Source: Vicinamibacterales bacterium (GTDB lineage Bacteria > Acidobacteriota > Vicinamibacteria > Vicinamibacterales > JAMQPK01). Taken from it: a stretch of DNA of 64,000 bases. Both the position numbers and the translations under genes were made by a program. Below the pieces are notes generated by a model that saw only the letters and a program-made list of their open reading frames with translations, was not told the DNA's origin and did not search any database. The stretch is from assembly GCA_963762055.1 (NCBI GenBank), contig CAVXJF010000017.1:528149-592148 (forward strand), in the 5' to 3' direction. Of the stretch, positions 42,637 through 53,896 are shown one piece after another. How positions within the stretch are numbered: position 1 is the stretch's first letter; each line of letters starts with the position of its first letter.

Positions 42637-43224
42637 TCAGGAGCCTACCGACACGCCGCGGGCCATCGCTCCCGCGCCCACACCCCACTTGGAGATGACC
42701 TTCACGGCTTGCACGAACGGCACGTCAACGGGATGCACGCGCTCTCGCGGCAGGATAAACAGCGCGCCGGCCGCCGGTGTCGGCACCGACGGAACGAGGA
42801 CCGTGTAGCGACCGTCCTCCAACTCCTCAATAATGAAGGCGGGTGAGAGCGCGTCTTCCAACTCCACCAACGCTGGCCGAAACGTGCCCTCGCTCTGGTC
42901 ACCGGAGAGACGTTTGGCGAGGCCCCGCACCAGCGTAAAACCGGGGATCTTCTCGAGCACCGAGCGCTCGAACGCCTCCTTGGCTCGCAACCCGAGTGTG
43001 GTGCGGACCAGCAGCCCGACCACCAGGCAGACGACGAGCACGATCATGATGGCGGCGACCTGCCGGAACCGCGCGTCGGGCGAGATGACCGCCGTAACCG
43101 GCGACAGCAATGCGAGTAATCCGCCCAGCGTCTTCGCCAGCAGCAGAACGGACAAGTAGATCGGCAGAACGACGAGCAGTCCGCCGATGAGCGTCGTTTT
43201 GATTAGATCGGCCAGGCTCTTCAT
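42637..43224 (-). CDS. DUF502-family membrane protein
   Basis: Start MKSLADLIKTTLIGGLLVVLPIYLS, a second TM, then the conserved VPSVPTPAAGALFILPRERV block. Confidence 0.7.
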   Translation of the reverse strand: MKSLADLIKTTLIGGLLVVLPIYLSVLLLAKTLGGLLALLSPVTAVISPDARFRQVAAIMIVLVVCLVVGLLVRTTLGLRAKEAFERSVLEKIPGFTLVRGLAKRLSGDQSEGTFRPALVELEDALSPAFIIEELEDGRYTVLVPSVPTPAAGALFILPRERVHPVDVPFVQAVKVISKWGVGAGAMARGVSVGS

Positions 43225-43317
43225 GTGCAGTCCTCCACTTGAGCGATCGAGGCAGCGTAACACTCTGCGTGCCGCTTAGCTCCCGGAAACCTTTGCAAAC
43301 ATCAGTACTAGGCGGTA

Positions 43318-45630
43318 ATGTATGGTCCGGGTCTTCACATGGCGCGCGAAGGGAGGCGTAAGACAACGGACGAACCATCTCAGCAGCGAGCCGGGACCCG
43401 TTCCTCAGAGTCTCGTGTCGGCGGAGATGCGCGCGTGCGGTTTCCTGCTCCGGCCTACACCACCCACCTCCTCGATCGTCTGAGCATCGTCCACAGGTAT
43501 CGGTACGTCGCGGCCAGCGTCCTCCTGCTCATCGTGCTGGGCACGATGCTGCGGACGTTCACGACGACTCCGCTGTATCGGGCGCAGGCACGTCTGATGA
43601 TTGAGATGGAGGACGAGAACGCCACGGCGCTCGCCGGTGCCATCAGCAGGCCGAGCACGTACTACTGGGAAGATCCCCAGGTCTACTACCAAACGCAGTA
43701 CCGCATTCTCACCGGTCGTGAATTGGCTCTCCGCGTCGTGCGGAGCCTCGATCTCGCCCGGGTGCCCGAGTTCAACGCCGATGGTCCTACGCTTTCGAGG
43801 ATGAGCCGGATCATCTCGACGCTGACGTCGAAGGTGCCTCCGCTCGTTGGTCCTGGCGGCCCGTCGAGGACGAATGCCGAGACATCTGCTCTCTCCGAAT
43901 CGTCGTTGGCCAGTCAGTTCCTCTCGCGAGTGTCGGTCGAGCCGGTGCCGAACAGCCGCCTGGTGGATGTGGCGTTCGTCTCGGCGGACCCGGTGTTCGC
44001 TGCTCGCGCCGTCAACACGCTGGCCCAGGAATACGTGGAGCAGAACCTGGCGTTGCGCCGTAAGAACGCGGGCACGAGCCTCGAGTGGCTGTCGCAGGAG
44101 TTGCTGAAGCAGCAGCAGAAGGTCGAGACGAGCGAGCGCGCCATGGCGCAGTATCGCGAGGATCAGAATGCGCTCTCCCTCGAGGAACGCCAGAATATCG
44201 TCGTCGCGCGGCTCAACCAGTTGAACGACGCCGTCACAAAGGCGAAGACGAACCTGGTGCAGAAGAAGACCCTTCACGATCAGATCAACGCTCTGGGCGC
44301 CGACGTTACCGCCGACACGATTCCGGCGATCCTGCAAAACCCCTACATCCAGGCGATCAAGACCCGGGTCGCGGAGCTCCAGCGCGAGCGGGCAATACTG
44401 CTGGAGCGCTACGGAGAGAAGTATCCGGAGGTCGTCAAGGTGAACGTCACCCTTCAGGATGCCGAGCGGCAGCTCCAGACGGAGTTCACAAAGGCGATCG
44501 AAGCCATCAGGAACGACTATCAGTCGGCGCTGACGGAGGAGCGAACGCTCGCCGCCGCGCTCGAGGAACAGAAGGCCGCGGCGATGGACCTCGACCGCAA
44601 GAGCGTCAGCTATACCGTGCTCCAGCGCGAGGCCGACAGCAACCGCAAGGTGTACGAAACGCTGCTGCAGCGCGAGAAGGAGCTGCAGGTGATGGCCAAC
44701 AGCCGTGGGAACAATGTCAGGATGACTGACCGCGCAGAGAAACCAGGCGGACCGTTCATGCCCACGCCGCGTCGGGATCTGCTGCTGGCGCTGGTGGCTG
44801 GCCTGACACTCTCGCTGGGCCTGGTCTTCCTCCTCGATTATCTCGATGACACGGTCAAGAATCCCGATGACGTCACTGCCAAGCTGAAGATTCCGCTCCT
44901 GGGACTGACGCCGAAGGTCACTGGCGGCGGAGAACTGATCCTCTCGCAGAAGGTCTCCCACGAGTTCGGTGAGGCCTTCCGCTCGCTTCGTACATCGTTG
45001 AACTTCAGCAGCGGGCGGGAGCCGACGCGCTGCGTGATGGTGACGAGCGCGCAGCCGCTCGACGGCAAGACGACGACCGCGTGCAATCTCGCGCTCGCGA
45101 TCGCGATTGGTGGAGCCCGGGTGCTGGTGATCGATGCCGACATGCGGCGCTCGGGCCTGCACCGCATACTGAACATCGAGAACCGCACCGGGCTTTCGCA
45201 CGTGCTGACCGGGCAGGCATCGATGGAAGATGCCCTGGTGGCTCTCGACAACCCGCGAATCTGGGTGATGACCGCCGGAATGTCACCGCCGAATCCGTCG
45301 GAGCTGCTGGGTTCGGACCAGATGCGGACGCTGCTCGACGAAGCGAAGAACGGCCGGTTCGATTGGGTCATCATCGACTCGCCTCCTGTGCTTCCCGTAA
45401 CCGACGCGGTCGTGCTCTCTCCGCTCGTCGGCGGAATTGTGTTCGTCGTTGCATCCGAGATGACCCCGCGGCCGCAGGCGGCGCGCGCGCTCGATATCCT
45501 CACGGCAAGCGGCTCTCGGCTGCTCGGCGCCGTCCTCAACCGCGTGGACCTCAAGCGCAACAAGTACTATTACTCCCGCTATTACGGTTACAAGAACCGG
45601 GACTACTACTTCACATCGCCCGCTGCCTGA
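43318..45630 (+). CDS. polysaccharide co-polymerase / tyrosine autokinase (Wzc/GumC-like)
   Basis: Wzz-like N-domain with a long coiled coil and a second TM. Walker A in SAQPLDGKTTTACNLA; DSPPVLPVTDA; Tyr-rich tail YYYSRYYGYKNRDYY. Confidence 0.9.
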   Translation: MYGPGLHMAREGRRKTTDEPSQQRAGTRSSESRVGGDARVRFPAPAYTTHLLDRLSIVHRYRYVAASVLLLIVLGTMLRTFTTTPLYRAQARLMIEMEDENATALAGAISRPSTYYWEDPQVYYQTQYRILTGRELALRVVRSLDLARVPEFNADGPTLSRMSRIISTLTSKVPPLVGPGGPSRTNAETSALSESSLASQFLSRVSVEPVPNSRLVDVAFVSADPVFAARAVNTLAQEYVEQNLALRRKNAGTSLEWLSQELLKQQQKVETSERAMAQYREDQNALSLEERQNIVVARLNQLNDAVTKAKTNLVQKKTLHDQINALGADVTADTIPAILQNPYIQAIKTRVAELQRERAILLERYGEKYPEVVKVNVTLQDAERQLQTEFTKAIEAIRNDYQSALTEERTLAAALEEQKAAAMDLDRKSVSYTVLQREADSNRKVYETLLQREKELQVMANSRGNNVRMTDRAEKPGGPFMPTPRRDLLLALVAGLTLSLGLVFLLDYLDDTVKNPDDVTAKLKIPLLGLTPKVTGGGELILSQKVSHEFGEAFRSLRTSLNFSSGREPTRCVMVTSAQPLDGKTTTACNLALAIAIGGARVLVIDADMRRSGLHRILNIENRTGLSHVLTGQASMEDALVALDNPRIWVMTAGMSPPNPSELLGSDQMRTLLDEAKNGRFDWVIIDSPPVLPVTDAVVLSPLVGGIVFVVASEMTPRPQAARALDILTASGSRLLGAVLNRVDLKRNKYYYSRYYGYKNRDYYFTSPAA

Positions 45631-45652
45631 CACGCGGCCGGAATCGCACGTC

Positions 45653-46999
45653 GTGTGGCTTCTCGACGCGATGATCGTCTGGTCGCTCTTCGCAGTCGGA
45701 GGAGTGTACGTGTGGGCGGGTGCGCCGCTCATCGTCGCGGCCGCGTTGCTCGCCATCATGGCGCGTCCGAAGCCGGGAACGTCGCGCCAAACGCGCGCGC
45801 TCGATTTCCTGTTGCTTGCCTCGGTGGTCGCGGCGGCAGCGCAGCTCGTTCCGTTGCCGTCTGCAGTACGGGCGGCAATCTCCCCTCATGTCGATGGATT
45901 GCGCGAGGCTCTGTACCTGGGGCCCACCGACTCGGCTGGCTGGTGGCCACTCTCGGTATCTCCGGGATGGACCGCGTATTCGCTGGGGCTCGTGATGACC
46001 GCAGTGGTGGTGTTCTGGACGGCGAGACGGGCCTGCGCGTTCGGCATGCCGCTGCGGATCGTGCGGCACATCGCATTCGCAGGCCTGGTTGCGGCACTCG
46101 TGGCTCTCGCGGAGCAGGCGGCCGGCGACGCGACGCTGATCTACGGCCGATGGCAGCCTCGCGACGCCGGCGCGCGGCCATTCGGCCCGTTCGTGAATCG
46201 CAATCACTTCGCGACATGGGTGCTGATGGCGTGCCCGCTGGCGGCAGGGTACGTGGCCGCCGTGCTCGCTGCCCGAAGGCCATCGCCGGCCCTGCGCGCG
46301 AAGCTTGTCGCGCTGCTCGAGTGGCTGGGCACGAGCGCGCTGTGGGTCGGGGTTGCCGGCGTCGTGATGACCCTCGCGCTGGTCGTCTCGACGTCGCGCT
46401 CGGGTCTCGTCGCCTTCTGCGTGTCGCTGGTGGGCATCGCGTGGCTCGCCCGCGGCCGGCTCACGCGAAGAGCTGGAGGCCTCGGCCTTCTCGCCATCAT
46501 CGCGCTGGCCGCTCTCCTGTTCGCGTATGTCAATGTGCAGCCGCTGCTCTCTCGTGTGGACGAAACACTCGCGGTGGGTGCTGGCGGACGTCCGCGAGTC
46601 TGGCAGGAGACCTTTCGGCTGATTCGCGATTTCTGGCTCACGGGCGCTGGTCTGGGGAGCTACCAGACAGCGATGCTCGTGTACCAGCAAACCGACAGGA
46701 CCGTCTTCATCAACCAGGCCCACAACCAATACCTCCACTTCCTCGCCGAAGGCGGCGTTCTGCTGACCGTCCCTGCGGTGATGGCCGTGGCGGCATTCAT
46801 TCGGCTGTTCAGGACGAGGCTGGCGCAGGATACGTCCTCGTTGGTCTGGCTGCGGATAGGCGGCGGCGCCGCGATCCTTGCCGTGGCCGTGCAAGGCATC
46901 TGGGAAACCGGGTTGCGCATGCCGGCCAATGGTTTGCTCTTCGCGATAGCGGCCGCTGTGGCCGTGTACCGGCCGAGCGAGCGCTCAGCAGACGAGTGA
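45653..46999 (+). CDS. O-antigen ligase / Wzy-like polymerase family membrane protein
   Basis: About 11 TM. Loop with FINQAHNQYLHFLAEGG is typical of Wzy_C. Confidence 0.8.
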   Translation: MWLLDAMIVWSLFAVGGVYVWAGAPLIVAAALLAIMARPKPGTSRQTRALDFLLLASVVAAAAQLVPLPSAVRAAISPHVDGLREALYLGPTDSAGWWPLSVSPGWTAYSLGLVMTAVVVFWTARRACAFGMPLRIVRHIAFAGLVAALVALAEQAAGDATLIYGRWQPRDAGARPFGPFVNRNHFATWVLMACPLAAGYVAAVLAARRPSPALRAKLVALLEWLGTSALWVGVAGVVMTLALVVSTSRSGLVAFCVSLVGIAWLARGRLTRRAGGLGLLAIIALAALLFAYVNVQPLLSRVDETLAVGAGGRPRVWQETFRLIRDFWLTGAGLGSYQTAMLVYQQTDRTVFINQAHNQYLHFLAEGGVLLTVPAVMAVAAFIRLFRTRLAQDTSSLVWLRIGGGAAILAVAVQGIWETGLRMPANGLLFAIAAAVAVYRPSERSADE

Positions 47000-48145
47000 G
47001 CGGAACAGGATCTGCCGTGCGGGCGGATGTTTGAAGAGTGCGAGGATCAGCTGTCGATGCCGGTTGAACGTCGCGGTCCGCCGCACGATGGGCATCACGC
47101 CGTCGGTCAACGCAAGCTCGAAAAGACTTTCGATGTCTTCGTCCCTCATCCGCTGCGCCAGCACGCGAAGCGACAGCTGCGTGCTCAGCTCGGCGTCGAG
47201 ATGCTGGCGCCAGCGACGCTCGTATTCGGCAAGCGAGCGAGCCCCGAGATCTCCGCGCGCCAGCGCGTCGCTCAGCACATCCGCCGCCAGCGTCGCACTC
47301 AGCAGGCTGTAGTAGATGCCACCGCCGGTGGTTGGTTTCACCAGTCCCGCCGCATCACCGACCACGAGCATCCGGTCTCCGTAGGTGCGCGCAATGGCAG
47401 AGAGTGGCAGGACCTTCTGCCGCGGTTCAGGCGTTGCCTCGACAGAGATGCCCCAGCGCGCCGAGATGCGACCGACCATGCGCTTGAAGTAGCGCGGCGC
47501 AGCCTTGGCGCACATGACACCAACCCGCGCGTACGTCTGATCGCCGCGCGAGACCGGCACCACCCACGCGAAGCCTTCCGGCGCGATCTCGGCGCCGAAG
47601 TGGACCTCTACGTCGCCAGGGCGTGTGGCCGCCAGTTCCGCCTGCGCGGTGTGAAGGAGCATCGCGGGGGGATGGAGAGCCAGTTGTCGATGGAGTGCAT
47701 ATCGTCCGCCGCACGCCAGCACGCATGCTCGAGCACGCAACGCAAGACCGAGGGAGGTGTCGACCGACACGAAATCGACGTCGCATTTGAGCGTGCGCAC
47801 CCGCGCGCCACAAAGGATTCGGGCCCCTGCGCCGACGGCGCGCTCCGCCAGTCGCGCGTCGAACATCACGCGGTCGACCACAACGGCTTCGACGTTTCCT
47901 GGGCGATAAATGAAATCGCGCCCACGTGGCGAAACGAATCTGGCGGCCGTGAGCGGGTTGAGGATGGTGTCTCGAGCAAGCCCGAACTCGTCGAATGCCT
48001 CCCGCGCCAGGATGCCGGTGCAGTGAACGGGACGGCCCACGGCTTCGTGCTCCTCGAGGACGATGACGTCGAGGCCGCGCTCGCTGAGCAGGCGGGCGGC
48101 GTGCAGGCCGGCCGGGCCGGCGCCGATGACGATGACGTCGTGCAT
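46985..48145 (-). CDS. geranylgeranyl-reductase-family FAD-dependent oxidoreductase
   Basis: MHDVIVIGAGPAGLHAA...VLEE. RMLVVGDAAGLVKPTTGGGIYYS is the GGR family signature. Confidence 0.8.
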   Translation of the reverse strand: MHDVIVIGAGPAGLHAARLLSERGLDVIVLEEHEAVGRPVHCTGILAREAFDEFGLARDTILNPLTAARFVSPRGRDFIYRPGNVEAVVVDRVMFDARLAERAVGAGARILCGARVRTLKCDVDFVSVDTSLGLALRARACVLACGGRYALHRQLALHPPAMLLHTAQAELAATRPGDVEVHFGAEIAPEGFAWVVPVSRGDQTYARVGVMCAKAAPRYFKRMVGRISARWGISVEATPEPRQKVLPLSAIARTYGDRMLVVGDAAGLVKPTTGGGIYYSLLSATLAADVLSDALARGDLGARSLAEYERRWRQHLDAELSTQLSLRVLAQRMRDEDIESLFELALTDGVMPIVRRTATFNRHRQLILALFKHPPARQILFRSLVC

Positions 48146-48194
48146 CCGGCATGAAGTGTGGCTTGGCGTCAGAGTGGCTGTCAATCAATCGGGC

Positions 48195-48798
48195 TTAGAA
48201 CTTGCGCCCATCCGCTTCCCACGTGCCACGCAGCGTTATCCAGAACGACAGCAGCACGAGCCGAAGGTCCAGCCAGAAGGACTGTCGGCGCACGTAGAGG
48301 AGGTCGTATCGGAATTTCATCCGGCGGGGAATGTCGCGCGGCGCGTAGATCTGGGCGATGCCCGTCAGCCCTGGACGAACCCGGGAGCGCTCGGCAAAGC
48401 CGGGCACGTCCTCGAGCCGTTCGAGATCTCCGTTTCCGAGCGTTTCAATCTCGCCGGGCCGCAACGCGCGCGGGACCGACAAAGCTCATGTCGCCGCGCA
48501 GGATGTTCCAGAGCTGTGGGAGCTCGTCCATGGCTGTCGCGCGCAGGAAGCGGCCCACAGCCGTGACGCGCGGATCGGATCGACTCGCCTGCACTGCCCC
48601 GACGCCGGCTTCGGCATCGGGGACCATCGATCGAAACTTGAGCACGTCGAAGGGGCGGCCGTGCAGACCCGAGCGCGCCTGCCGATAGAAGACCGGTCCG
48701 CCGTCGTGCAGCTTGATGGCCGCTGCGAAGAGGACCCACAGCGGAGTCGAAGCAATCAGACCGGCGCCGGACAGCGCGACGTCGAAGGCGCGCTTCAC
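48195..48798 (-). pseudogene. undecaprenyl-phosphate sugar-phosphotransferase (Bac_transf, small PglC/EpsL type), frameshifted as assembled
   Basis: N-part: KRAFDVALSGAGLIASTPLW...VLKFRSM...DELPQLWNILRGDMSFVGP. C-part: RPGLTGIAQI...DLLYVRRQSFWLDLRL. Switch at G3 48481-48483. Confidence 0.8.
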
Positions 48799-49591
48799 GG
48801 CGGCGGCCGGGCGATCAGCGTACTGCTCGCGCCATCGATGAAGACGTGGCCATGCTCGCCAAGCGGATCGGCCTGCCCGGTAAGAGGAACTGCCTCGAGT
48901 CCGAGATCATGAAGGAGCGCTTCGAGATCGGCGCGTGAATGGCCGGACCACGGCCATGCCGACGGATGCAGCTCGATGACGAAACGACAGTGCCCAAGCA
49001 GACGCCGTGCGGACTTAGCGCCGCAATCTCCCAGCCTTCGATGTCCATGATGACCCAGGACGGCCGCCGTTGGCGCCGCTCCGCCACCTCGTCGAGCGTC
49101 GTGACCGGCACTCTGACGCACTCGGTCGCGGCGAGCACGGGGTTCGGGCGGCCGAGGCGACTCATTGCGGTCCGCTGCACGCGCGTGGAGATCCGCCTCG
49201 CCCGAGGACTCTCCGATCGCCAGCCGCAGGATTTCGATGCGATCGTGAAGGCCGTTCAGACGCACGTTCTCGGTCAGGAGTCTGGCGGCGAACGGGTTTG
49301 GCTCGAACGCGAGCACGAGGCCGTCGGGCCCCACCCATGCGCCAAGCTGCAGAGCATAGACGCCGATATTCGCGCCGACGTTCCAGACCTCCGAGCCAGC
49401 CACGATGTGATGACCAGGAACGCCGCGACCGGCCGTTCATATTCACCAGAAAACCAGTGGCGCGTTCCGGCATCGACTCGCACGGCCAAGCCGTTGACCG
49501 TCCGCGGAACCCCACGGCCCTGCGTGGCGATGCGAAGGGCCAGCTCGCGGATCGTCCGGGCAGCACGTCGAGGCCACTGAGAAGATTTCAT
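48795..49591 (-). pseudogene. FkbM-family methyltransferase, about 3 frame changes as assembled
   Basis: Segments in three frames: YERPVAAFLV / VWNVGANIGVYAL...AFEPNP / VTTLDEV...VIMDIEGWEIAAL / FVIELHP. Junctions at about 49413, 49185 and 49017. ATGA overlap with the upstream GT. Confidence 0.7.
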
Positions 49592-50775
49592 CAGGGAGAT
49601 TCGCCAGCCGTACCACTCGCCATCTCACTTCTGTCCCCTGCCGGCTGCGCCGAGCGCACAGGTGCAACCACGTCTTGATAGAGCGCCAGCGTAGCAGAGC
49701 ACATCCTGTCAGCCGTGAACATATTCAAAACTCGCGTGCGAGCGGCTGCGCCGAGCGCGTGTCTCAACTCGGCGTCGGCCACCAGACGGTCGAGCGCGGC
49801 GCGCAGCGAAGCAACATCGCCAGCAGGAACCACGAAGCCAGTCTCGCCGTGCACGTTCACCCACGGCACTCCGGTCGGCACGTCGGTGCTGACGACAGGC
49901 CGGCCGCACAGCATGGCTTCCAGTTGCACCATCCCAAACGCTTCCTGACGAGTGGTCGAAGGAAGCACGAGCGCGGCGCACGCGTGAAGCCACGCCAGGC
50001 GCTCCTCGTCGGTCACTTCACCCGCCAGTTGCACGCGATCGCCCAGGCCCAGATCGCGCACCATCGTTTCCAGCGCGCCACGAAGCGGTCCACCACCCAC
50101 GATCACCGTCTGCGCTGCCAGCCCCGGCAACGCGCGGAGCAGGATGTCGAGACCCTTGTACGGCACCAACCGGCCGACGAACAGCAGGATGGGTCCTCGT
50201 GCGCTTTCGCGCAGCGCGTCCGCTCTCGCGAGCACGGCAGCCGTCGGCCGGTAGCGATCGGCGTCCAGCCCGTATGGGATCACGACACACTTCGCGCGAC
50301 AGGCCGCAAGCGCCGGCACGTCCTTCATCGGCGGGGATGCCACCACGACGCGCGCGGCGCGGTGAAGAGCGAACTCGAGGAACGGACGATAGAAGAGCCG
50401 GTAACGCCAGCCGGGCCGCACGACCTCGCTGTGGTACCAGATGATCAGCGGCGCTCTCGGTCGCGCGACGAAGTACGCCAGAAGCGCCATCGGGTTGGGT
50501 TCGTGGAGCACGAGAAGGTCGGCCTCGGCGCGCGCGAGCCAGAGCGGCAACGTTGGAGCCACGGCCACGGCGCCGACCGTCAAAAGGACCGAGACTCGCG
50601 TGACGGGCACGCCGTCCACGACGTCGTGACTCGTCTTGCGTGAGCGGTTCATCACGAGGGCGCGCGTCTGGACGGCCCGCAACTCTCCGCGACAAAGGGT
50701 CTGCAGGACTGTCTCCATGCCGCCCCGGACCGGCGGATAGAACTTTCCGAGGTGCAGGATCCGCAGACGCCTCAT
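49591..50775 (-). CDS. glycosyltransferase family 4 (intact)
   Basis: MRRLRILHLGKFYPPVRGGME...; C-domain LLFVGRLVPYKGLD...VLPSTTRQEAFGMVQLEAMLCGRPVVSTDV. Confidence 0.85.
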   Translation of the reverse strand: MRRLRILHLGKFYPPVRGGMETVLQTLCRGELRAVQTRALVMNRSRKTSHDVVDGVPVTRVSVLLTVGAVAVAPTLPLWLARAEADLLVLHEPNPMALLAYFVARPRAPLIIWYHSEVVRPGWRYRLFYRPFLEFALHRAARVVVASPPMKDVPALAACRAKCVVIPYGLDADRYRPTAAVLARADALRESARGPILLFVGRLVPYKGLDILLRALPGLAAQTVIVGGGPLRGALETMVRDLGLGDRVQLAGEVTDEERLAWLHACAALVLPSTTRQEAFGMVQLEAMLCGRPVVSTDVPTGVPWVNVHGETGFVVPAGDVASLRAALDRLVADAELRHALGAAARTRVLNMFTADRMCSATLALYQDVVAPVRSAQPAGDRSEMASGTAGESP

Positions 50776-50778
50776 CGA

Positions 50779-51982
50779 TCACATCTGCGCGACGCGGCGG
50801 CCGTTGTCCGAAGCCAGCGCGGCGAGCGCCTCTCGATAGACATCCATCGTCGCCCTGGCGTGCGCTTGCCAGTCGAAGCGCCGCGCCCAGTCGATTCCCT
50901 CGGCTTGTCGTGCACGCCAACGTCCGGCGTCGTTCGCGCGCTCCTCGAGCAGCGCGGCCACGGCGGCGACCCATCGTTCCACGTCCCCGACCGGACAATA
51001 GGTGGCCGCCGGGCCGCCGACCTCGCGAAGCGCGGGCAGGTCGCTGGCCACGACAGGTGTTCCACACGTCATCGCTTCCGCCACCGGCAGTCCGAACCCT
51101 TCGCGATCCGAGGGCTGCAGAACCAGAGCGGCGCGCCGATAGATGGAAGCCAACACCGGCCGTTGCACGAACGGGAGCACCATGACGGAATCGTCCAGAC
51201 CCAAATGGCCGACGAGACGACGTTGATCCGAGGTAAAGGGACCGCCCACCCTGATCAGCCGAACGGCCGGATGCAGCCTGCGCAGTTCGGCGACGATGTT
51301 CAGCAGCACGTCGATGCGCTTACGCGGAATCGTGCTGCCGACGTGCAGCAGCTCAACATGGCTGCCACCGGCATGACCGAGAAGCGAGTCGGCCTGGTCG
51401 TCTGCGTCGGGCTCCGGTCTCGGAGTGAACGAGGGATGCACGCCGTTTGGCACAACGACGATACGGTTCGCCGGAACGATCGCTGCCGAGATCAACTCGT
51501 TGCGCGTGGCTGTGCTTCCGCACAGGATCTTCCGCGCGACCTTCATCCCGTCGAGGAGTTGCCGGCCGAGTGCCCGTTGGACGATCGAACCGCCGATGAG
51601 ATCCCGGAAGCACGCCGCGAAACGCGTCCAGATCGTGGCAGCTGATGAGCGACCGGCCCGCCGGGAGTTGCGAGGCCAGATGCGCATAGCTGTGGTCGAT
51701 GATGTGGAAGAGATCGAATTCTCCGGCCGCGAGAGCGAAGCCATCGCGGATAGTCCCAGACGCGGTTGAGAATCCGATCCGCGATGTCCGCGGTCGCGGT
51801 TTTTCCGATCGAGCGGCAATCGGGTGAAACGTCGCGCCATGGTGGGCCGCAGCTCGGTCGCCTCGACAAATCTGGCCGTCGGCTCCTGTGACGTTGAGCA
51901 GCAACATCTCTGCGACGAGATCCATGCTGTGCCACCGCTCTTCGCGAAGATCCGTAACCACCGCCACGCGAGGCAATTTCAA
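50779..51982 (-). pseudogene. glycosyltransferase family 4, at least 4 frame changes as assembled
   Basis: Stitched N-terminus: KLPRVAVVTDLREERWHSMDLVAEML / VEATELRPTMARRFTRLP / IGKTATADIADRILNRVWDYPRWLR / EFDLFHIIDHSYAHL...CHDLDAF. The C-part is ORF 50779..51840 (PSDREGFGLPVAEAMTCGTPVVASD). Junctions at about 51869, 51810, 51725 and 51610. The start (TTG 51982) is uncertain. Confidence 0.65.
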
Positions 51983-52061
51983 TGCTCGAACACTCCCATC
52001 CTGAAAGGACGTTGCACGATCTGAAGTCGTCGACGCAATCAAACGTGAGCGATCGCGATTC

Positions 52062-53242
52062 TCAACCGTGCTGATTCGCCACTGTCTGCAGCACCAACGC
52101 CAGATCGGCGAACGCCTTGTCGCGGCTCCATTCGCGGCAGACGTACGCGCGACCCGCACGCGCCTGTGCCCGCGCCGCGCCGGCTGCGCGGCCAACGCCA
52201 GTAGGGCGTCGGCCATGGCGTGTGGGTCACGGCGCGGCGTCAGTGAGGCGTAACCGCGAAGCTGCACCGCCATCCCGCCCACCGCCGTGGCGACGACGGG
52301 CGTCTCGCAGGCCAGCGCCTCGAGCGTCGAGTAGGCCGCGCCTTCCGCGAGCGACGCCAGCGCCACAGCGTCGGCGGCACGAAAGTAGTCAGCCAGGTCC
52401 TTCATCGGATGGACCGCGGGCCGCGCGAGCAGCCATGACGACGCGTCGTCGATGCCAATGCGACCGGGGATGGCGAGGAATTCACGATAGCCACCGCCGA
52501 GGTTCAGAAGGGCCGCGTCGAGCCCTCGCCGACGGGCGACGGCGACTGCGCGCACAACCGTTTCCGGATCCTTCTCGTGACTGATGCGGCTCGAGAGCAC
52601 GATGAGGAATTTGTCGCGGGCAATTGCAGGCGCCAGTCGCAGGCGCGCACGCTCTTCCGCGTCCGCCGGACGAAAGTGTTCAACGTCGACGCCGTAATAG
52701 AGGCCGATCTCACTCCGCGCGCACCACTTGGACGCGACGTCGCGGAGGTACGGCCCCATGGCGAGGCAGCGAGTTGCCAGGCGGCCGTTGATGGTCGCCA
52801 GCGTGCGAATGAGCATGCTCCCCAGCCACGACGTGACCGGCCCGATCTGACGACGCTCGCGCCGGCAGCGAAAATACTCGAGCGGCGAGATACCCATGTA
52901 AGTAACGACGGGAATCCTCCGAAGCAGACCGATGATGTTGGCGTTGAGCGAGCCGCGCATCACCTCCTGCGACAGAATCAGATCGGATCTGCCCGCGTGC
53001 TGCCAGAGTTCGCGCATCGACTGAATCTGAAACCGCAGCCTGCCACCTGGGATTTCGATCACGCGAAGCTTCGCGCCGCTTTCCGCTACCCGCTCGGCCA
53101 GGCCGCTTTCCCTGAACGGCCGGCTGGGCACGATCATCGTGAGATCGCAGATCTGGCTGAGTCCGACCACGAATCGAATGTCCGTGAAGCCTTCGACGAG
53201 AAAGAGCACGCGCAGACGCGGCGCGCTCATGGGCAGGCTCAT
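52062..53242 (-). pseudogene. glycosyltransferase (GT-B), one frame change near the 3-prime end as assembled
   Basis: N-terminus: RLRVLFLVEGFTDIRFV. C-domain: ASLAEGAAYSTLEALACETPVVATAVGG. The true tail ...RAYVCREWSRDKAFADLALVLQTVANQHG is in another frame (junction at about 52185). ATGA overlap with the upstream methyltransferase. Confidence 0.7.
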
Positions 53243-53821
53243 ACGCAATCCCGGCGCGTCAGGACGGTAAGGCTGTCAACGACCTCTCTCGCTTCAAATC
53301 GGTCGTCCCGCAGGATCACCTCATTCGTCACTTTCACGCTGCCTGCGTCGTCGATTGCGCGAGTGGGTGTTGACCGACTGTCGTGGATGGCCACGATTCC
53401 GCCTGGCTGCACGAGGTCCTTCCAGGCAAGCCAGTCTTGAAGCGTTCCCTGCTCGCTGTGGTCGCCATCAATGAAGATGAAATCCACCGGTTCGTGACCG
53501 ATCGCAGCCTCGGCACTATGCGTCTCGAGCCATCGAACCGCGCCGTTCCGAATCCTGTCCACCTCGTAATGCGCAATCTGTTTTTGCGCGCTAAACCCGA
53601 GCCGGCCGGGCGGAAACGGATCGACCAGCCGAGAGGAAGCCATCAGAAGCCATGACCGATCGCAATCGGGACGTTGTCACACCGTGCCAGACGCCGATCT
53701 CAACGAGTCGCCGCCGACCCGACGCGTGGCGGGCGAGGCACTCGCGCTCGGCCTCTGTTGTCTGGGTTTCAGGACCGGCGAGCCCGATCACCCAACCAAG
53801 ATAATGGACCAGAACTCTCAC
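53239..53821 (-). pseudogene. class I SAM-dependent methyltransferase (FIDGDHS type), frameshifted as assembled
   Basis: N-part: RRLVEIGVWHGVTT (ORF 53591..53821). C-part: VDFIFIDGDHS...LVQPGGIVAIHD. Junction at about 53628. The 5-prime end may extend to ATG 53902 via a further shift. Confidence 0.6.
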
Positions 53822-53896
53822 GGCTTCTGGGCTGTCACCAGCGAGTGCAGCGCGAACCAGCGTAACGGGCGCCAGTCAAGATGCGCGCAGGCTATT

